Of a stretch of 64,000 nt of DNA, positions 63,499 to 64,000 are shown in pieces; position 1 is the first letter of the stretch, and the number at the start of each line of letters is the position of its first letter. The notes below the pieces were generated by a model. That model did no database searches. It was not told the DNA's origin and saw only the letters and a program-made list of their open reading frames with translations. Position numbers and translations under genes: made by a program. The stretch comes from the human T2T-CHM13v2.0 reference genome, Homo sapiens. The stretch lies in the NCBI RefSeq assembly GCF_009914755.1, contig NC_060938.1. The stretch is one strand, 5' to 3'.

Positions 63499-64000
63499 AA
63501 TGGAGTGGAGTGGAGTGCAGTGAAGTGGAGTGCAGGGGAGTGGAATGGAGTGGAAAGGAGTGGAATGGAATGGAGTGGAGTGGAATGGAAAGAAATGGAA
63601 TGTAACGGAATATAATGGAACGGAATGGATTGGAACGGAATGGAACAGAGAGGAGTGGAGAAGAGTGGAGTTGAGTGGAGTGGATAGGAGTGCAGTGGAA
63701 TGGAAGGGAAAGGAATGGAATGGAATGGAATGGAATGGAATGGAATGTAGTGCAGTGCAGTTGAATTGAGTGGATTGGAGTGCAGTGGAATGGAATGGAG
63801 TGGAGTCTAGTGGATTGGAGTGGAATGGAATGGAGTGGAGTGTGGTGGAATGGAATGGAACAGAATGGAAAGGAATGGAAAGGAATTGAATGGTGAAACG
63901 AAATGTCAGCTAAGATTATGCCACTGAACTCCTATATGGGTGACAGAGTGAGATGCAGTCAAAATAAAGGAATGGAATGGAATGGAGTAGAATGGAATTG
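63499..64000 (+). repeat. HOR copy 7 (partial, runs off the window)
   Basis: Island A at 63893-63968 with the same flanks as the other copies. Confidence 0.9.

Larger units (their letters stand above)
1..64000 (+). repeat. Satellite III (HSat3)-like pentamer satellite array, GGAAT/GGAGT-mixed type
   Basis: Continuous GGAAT/GGAGT pentamers with variants (GCAGT, GGAAC, TGAGT, GGATT, GTAGT). The purine-rich strand is + throughout. (GGAAT)n defines primate Sat III, and the embedded Alu pieces indicate a primate genome. The subfamily and chromosome cannot be determined by eye. Confidence 0.95.
22750..64000 (+). repeat. Young homogeneous higher-order repeat array, ~7.4-7.55 kb unit with 7 islands in the order A-B-C-D-E-F-G
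   Basis: Island A (GAAACGAAATGTCAGCTAAGATTATGCCACTGAACTCCTATATGG) recurs at 23149, 30705, 38085, 45540, 52971, 56348 and 63893. The ORF track repeats with the same period (e.g. starts at 22781, 30322, 37707, 45177, 52603, 55970, 63530). Confidence 0.95.

Noticed and set aside
24-63769. Hundreds of ORFs up to 1077 aa (MEWNG/VEWSG on +, HSIPF/HSTPL on -)
   Set aside because: These are direct translations of GGAAT/GGAGT and ATTCC/ACTCC, which contain no stop codons in any frame. They overlap in all frames, have no domain content, and break at different places in different HOR copies.
1401-63968. CRISPR-like repeat-spacer appearance
   Set aside because: The repeat is 76 bp and Alu-derived, spacers are 0.2-3 kb of satellite, there are no cas genes, and the DNA is eukaryotic.
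1401-63968. Active Alu or 7SL RNA genes with Pol III promoters
   Set aside because: Only the terminal ~60 nt of the right arm is present. The left-arm A and B boxes are absent and there are no individual target-site duplications.
1-64000. HSATII/HSat2, telomeric or alpha-satellite identity
   Set aside because: I saw no recurrent HSat2 ATCGAATGGAATC/ATCAT-type ~23-26 bp units, no TTAGGG arrays, no 171-bp monomers and no CENP-B boxes.
1-64000. Canonical heat-shock elements or GGAA-microsatellite enhancers
   Set aside because: The nGAAn units are in direct, not inverted, orientation, and the repeat is pentameric, not (GGAA)n. No specific site can be called from sequence alone.

Overview
The whole window is primate (human or ape type) Satellite III-like heterochromatin. 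The + strand is purine-rich and built from GGAAT and GGAGT pentamers plus single-base variants, with no inversion. There are no real genes; all listed ORFs are translations of the pentamer. The array is interrupted 60 times by one ~76-bp island, consensus GTGAAATGAAATGTGAGCTAAGATTGTGCCACTGCACTCCAGTCTGGGTGACAGAGTGAGATCCAGTCGAAATAAA. Its last ~64 nt match the 3' end of an Alu right arm with CpGs decayed. Using the islands as landmarks, two layers appear. (1) Bases 1 to ~22.75 kb are an old, divergent layer with 22 distinct islands and traces of earlier ~0.6, 1.5, 2.15 and 6-7 kb duplications. (2) Bases ~22.75 kb to 64 kb are a young, near-identical higher-order repeat (HOR) of ~7.4-7.55 kb with 7 islands (A-G) per unit: five full copies, one copy with a ~4.07 kb deletion, and one partial copy. 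The island's core CCACTGCACTCCA is the exact reverse complement of a recurrent satellite motif, and its tail usually carries AATAAA. Coordinates were counted by eye (about +/-2 bp), and species and chromosome cannot be fixed without a search.
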